The notes beneath the pieces were generated by a model that had not been told where the DNA came from, did no database searches, and worked only from the letters and a program-made list of their open reading frames with translations. A stretch of DNA of 63,973 nucleotides, counting the filler, from an uncultured bacterium (GTDB lineage Bacteria; Latescibacterota; UBA2968): assembly GCA_964471275.1 (NCBI GenBank). It is 3 parts of 3 records of this genome, joined end to end, with 100 filler letters (N's around TTAATTAATTAA, not from the genome) between each part and the next. Parts side by side here need not be neighbours in the genome. Positions count along the whole stretch, not along the records: positions 48,517 to 63,973 come from CAYYGZ010000104.1; 2 more parts are not named here. The stretch is one strand, 5' to 3'. Of the stretch, positions 63,391 to 63,973 are shown piece after piece. A program made the position numbers and the translations under genes. Position 1 is the first letter of the stretch; each line of letters begins with the position of its first letter.

Positions 63391-63973
63391 TTGGAATTTG
63401 TGAAGCAAATCATCGATATCCTCGAAGGCCGACGTCTCTACATAGCCTGTTCCGTCGCGTGCGGTCTGCTCTTCGCGGGAGCGAACCTCATTCCGCCTCT
63501 CCTGATCCGTAAACTGATCCAATGGCTCACCGAGGGAACCGGTAGTCCCAGCGAGCTCCTCTATGTCAGCCTGGCTCTTTTCGGCGTCTACCTCATCCGC
63601 GGGGCGACCCGTTACGGCTACGGCTGGTTTTCACACCAGACGGCCTACAACGTGCTCCACGATCTGATGATTCGCGTCTACAGTCATCTGCAACGGCTGC
63701 CCCACCGGTTCTTCACCGATCAGCGCACCGGTTCCCTCATCTCACGCTCCATCAATGATATCGAGTCCGTGGAGGATTTCGTCGCTCACGGTATCCCGGA
63801 GATGGCTCTGGCAGCGATCATCCCGGTTTCGATGATCATCGTCCTGTTCTCGATCAATCAGGAACTGGCGTTCATCACGTTGATCCCCATCCCCATAGCG
63901 GCATTCCTGGTATACAGATTTGTCTCAAAGGTCCGCGCGATGTGGCGGAGTGCCCGCGAGAGGCTGTCGGAGC
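63391..63973 (+). CDS. ABC exporter, N-terminal transmembrane domain (runs off the window)
   Basis: My translation gives PPLLIRKLI, DLMIRVYSHLQRLPHRFF..RTGSLISR..ND; AGGGAG RBS. Confidence 0.88.
   Translation, partial: MEFVKQIIDILEGRRLYIACSVACGLLFAGANLIPPLLIRKLIQWLTEGTGSPSELLYVSLALFGVYLIRGATRYGYGWFSHQTAYNVLHDLMIRVYSHLQRLPHRFFTDQRTGSLISRSINDIESVEDFVAHGIPEMALAAIIPVSMIIVLFSINQELAFITLIPIPIAAFLVYRFVSKVRAMWRSARERLSE

Overview
This window is GC-rich bacterial DNA, probably a metagenome-assembled genome. It consists of three pieces joined by artificial N-padded TTAATTAATTAA linkers (about 24380-24479 and 48417-48515), so adjacency across the linkers is not biological. There are also three short internal N gaps. 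Piece 1 (1-24379) is a co-oriented run of about 19.5 kb of catabolic enzymes: two sulfatases (one resembling animal arylsulfatase K), GH2 beta-galactosidase, GH43, an esterase, two lactonases, dehydrogenases and a DHDPS-family aldolase. It is followed by an IS3 remnant, a mannonate dehydratase-like/PhyH/sulfotransferase trio and gene fragments. It also carries a highly structured orphan intergenic RNA candidate (7841-8024) and REP-like repeats. Piece 2 contains a ZMP/ZTP (pfl) riboswitch upstream of metH-DUF1015, several transporters, and a flagellin gene broken by a single CAA-to-TAA change while its sigma28 promoter and CsrA-type leader remain intact. It also has fliN, fliL, zapA, nadD, bamD, cpoB and rbsK. 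Piece 3 contains a truncated REC-HDOD gene, thiT, a GT2 fusion, an Fe3+/thiamine-type ABC operon interrupted by a CorA-like gene lacking the GMN motif, a DEAD-box helicase, sugar-acid enzymes and a decayed adenylate cyclase. I saw no rRNA, tRNA, CRISPR array or prophage. All calls come from motif recognition by eye; no database searches were run.
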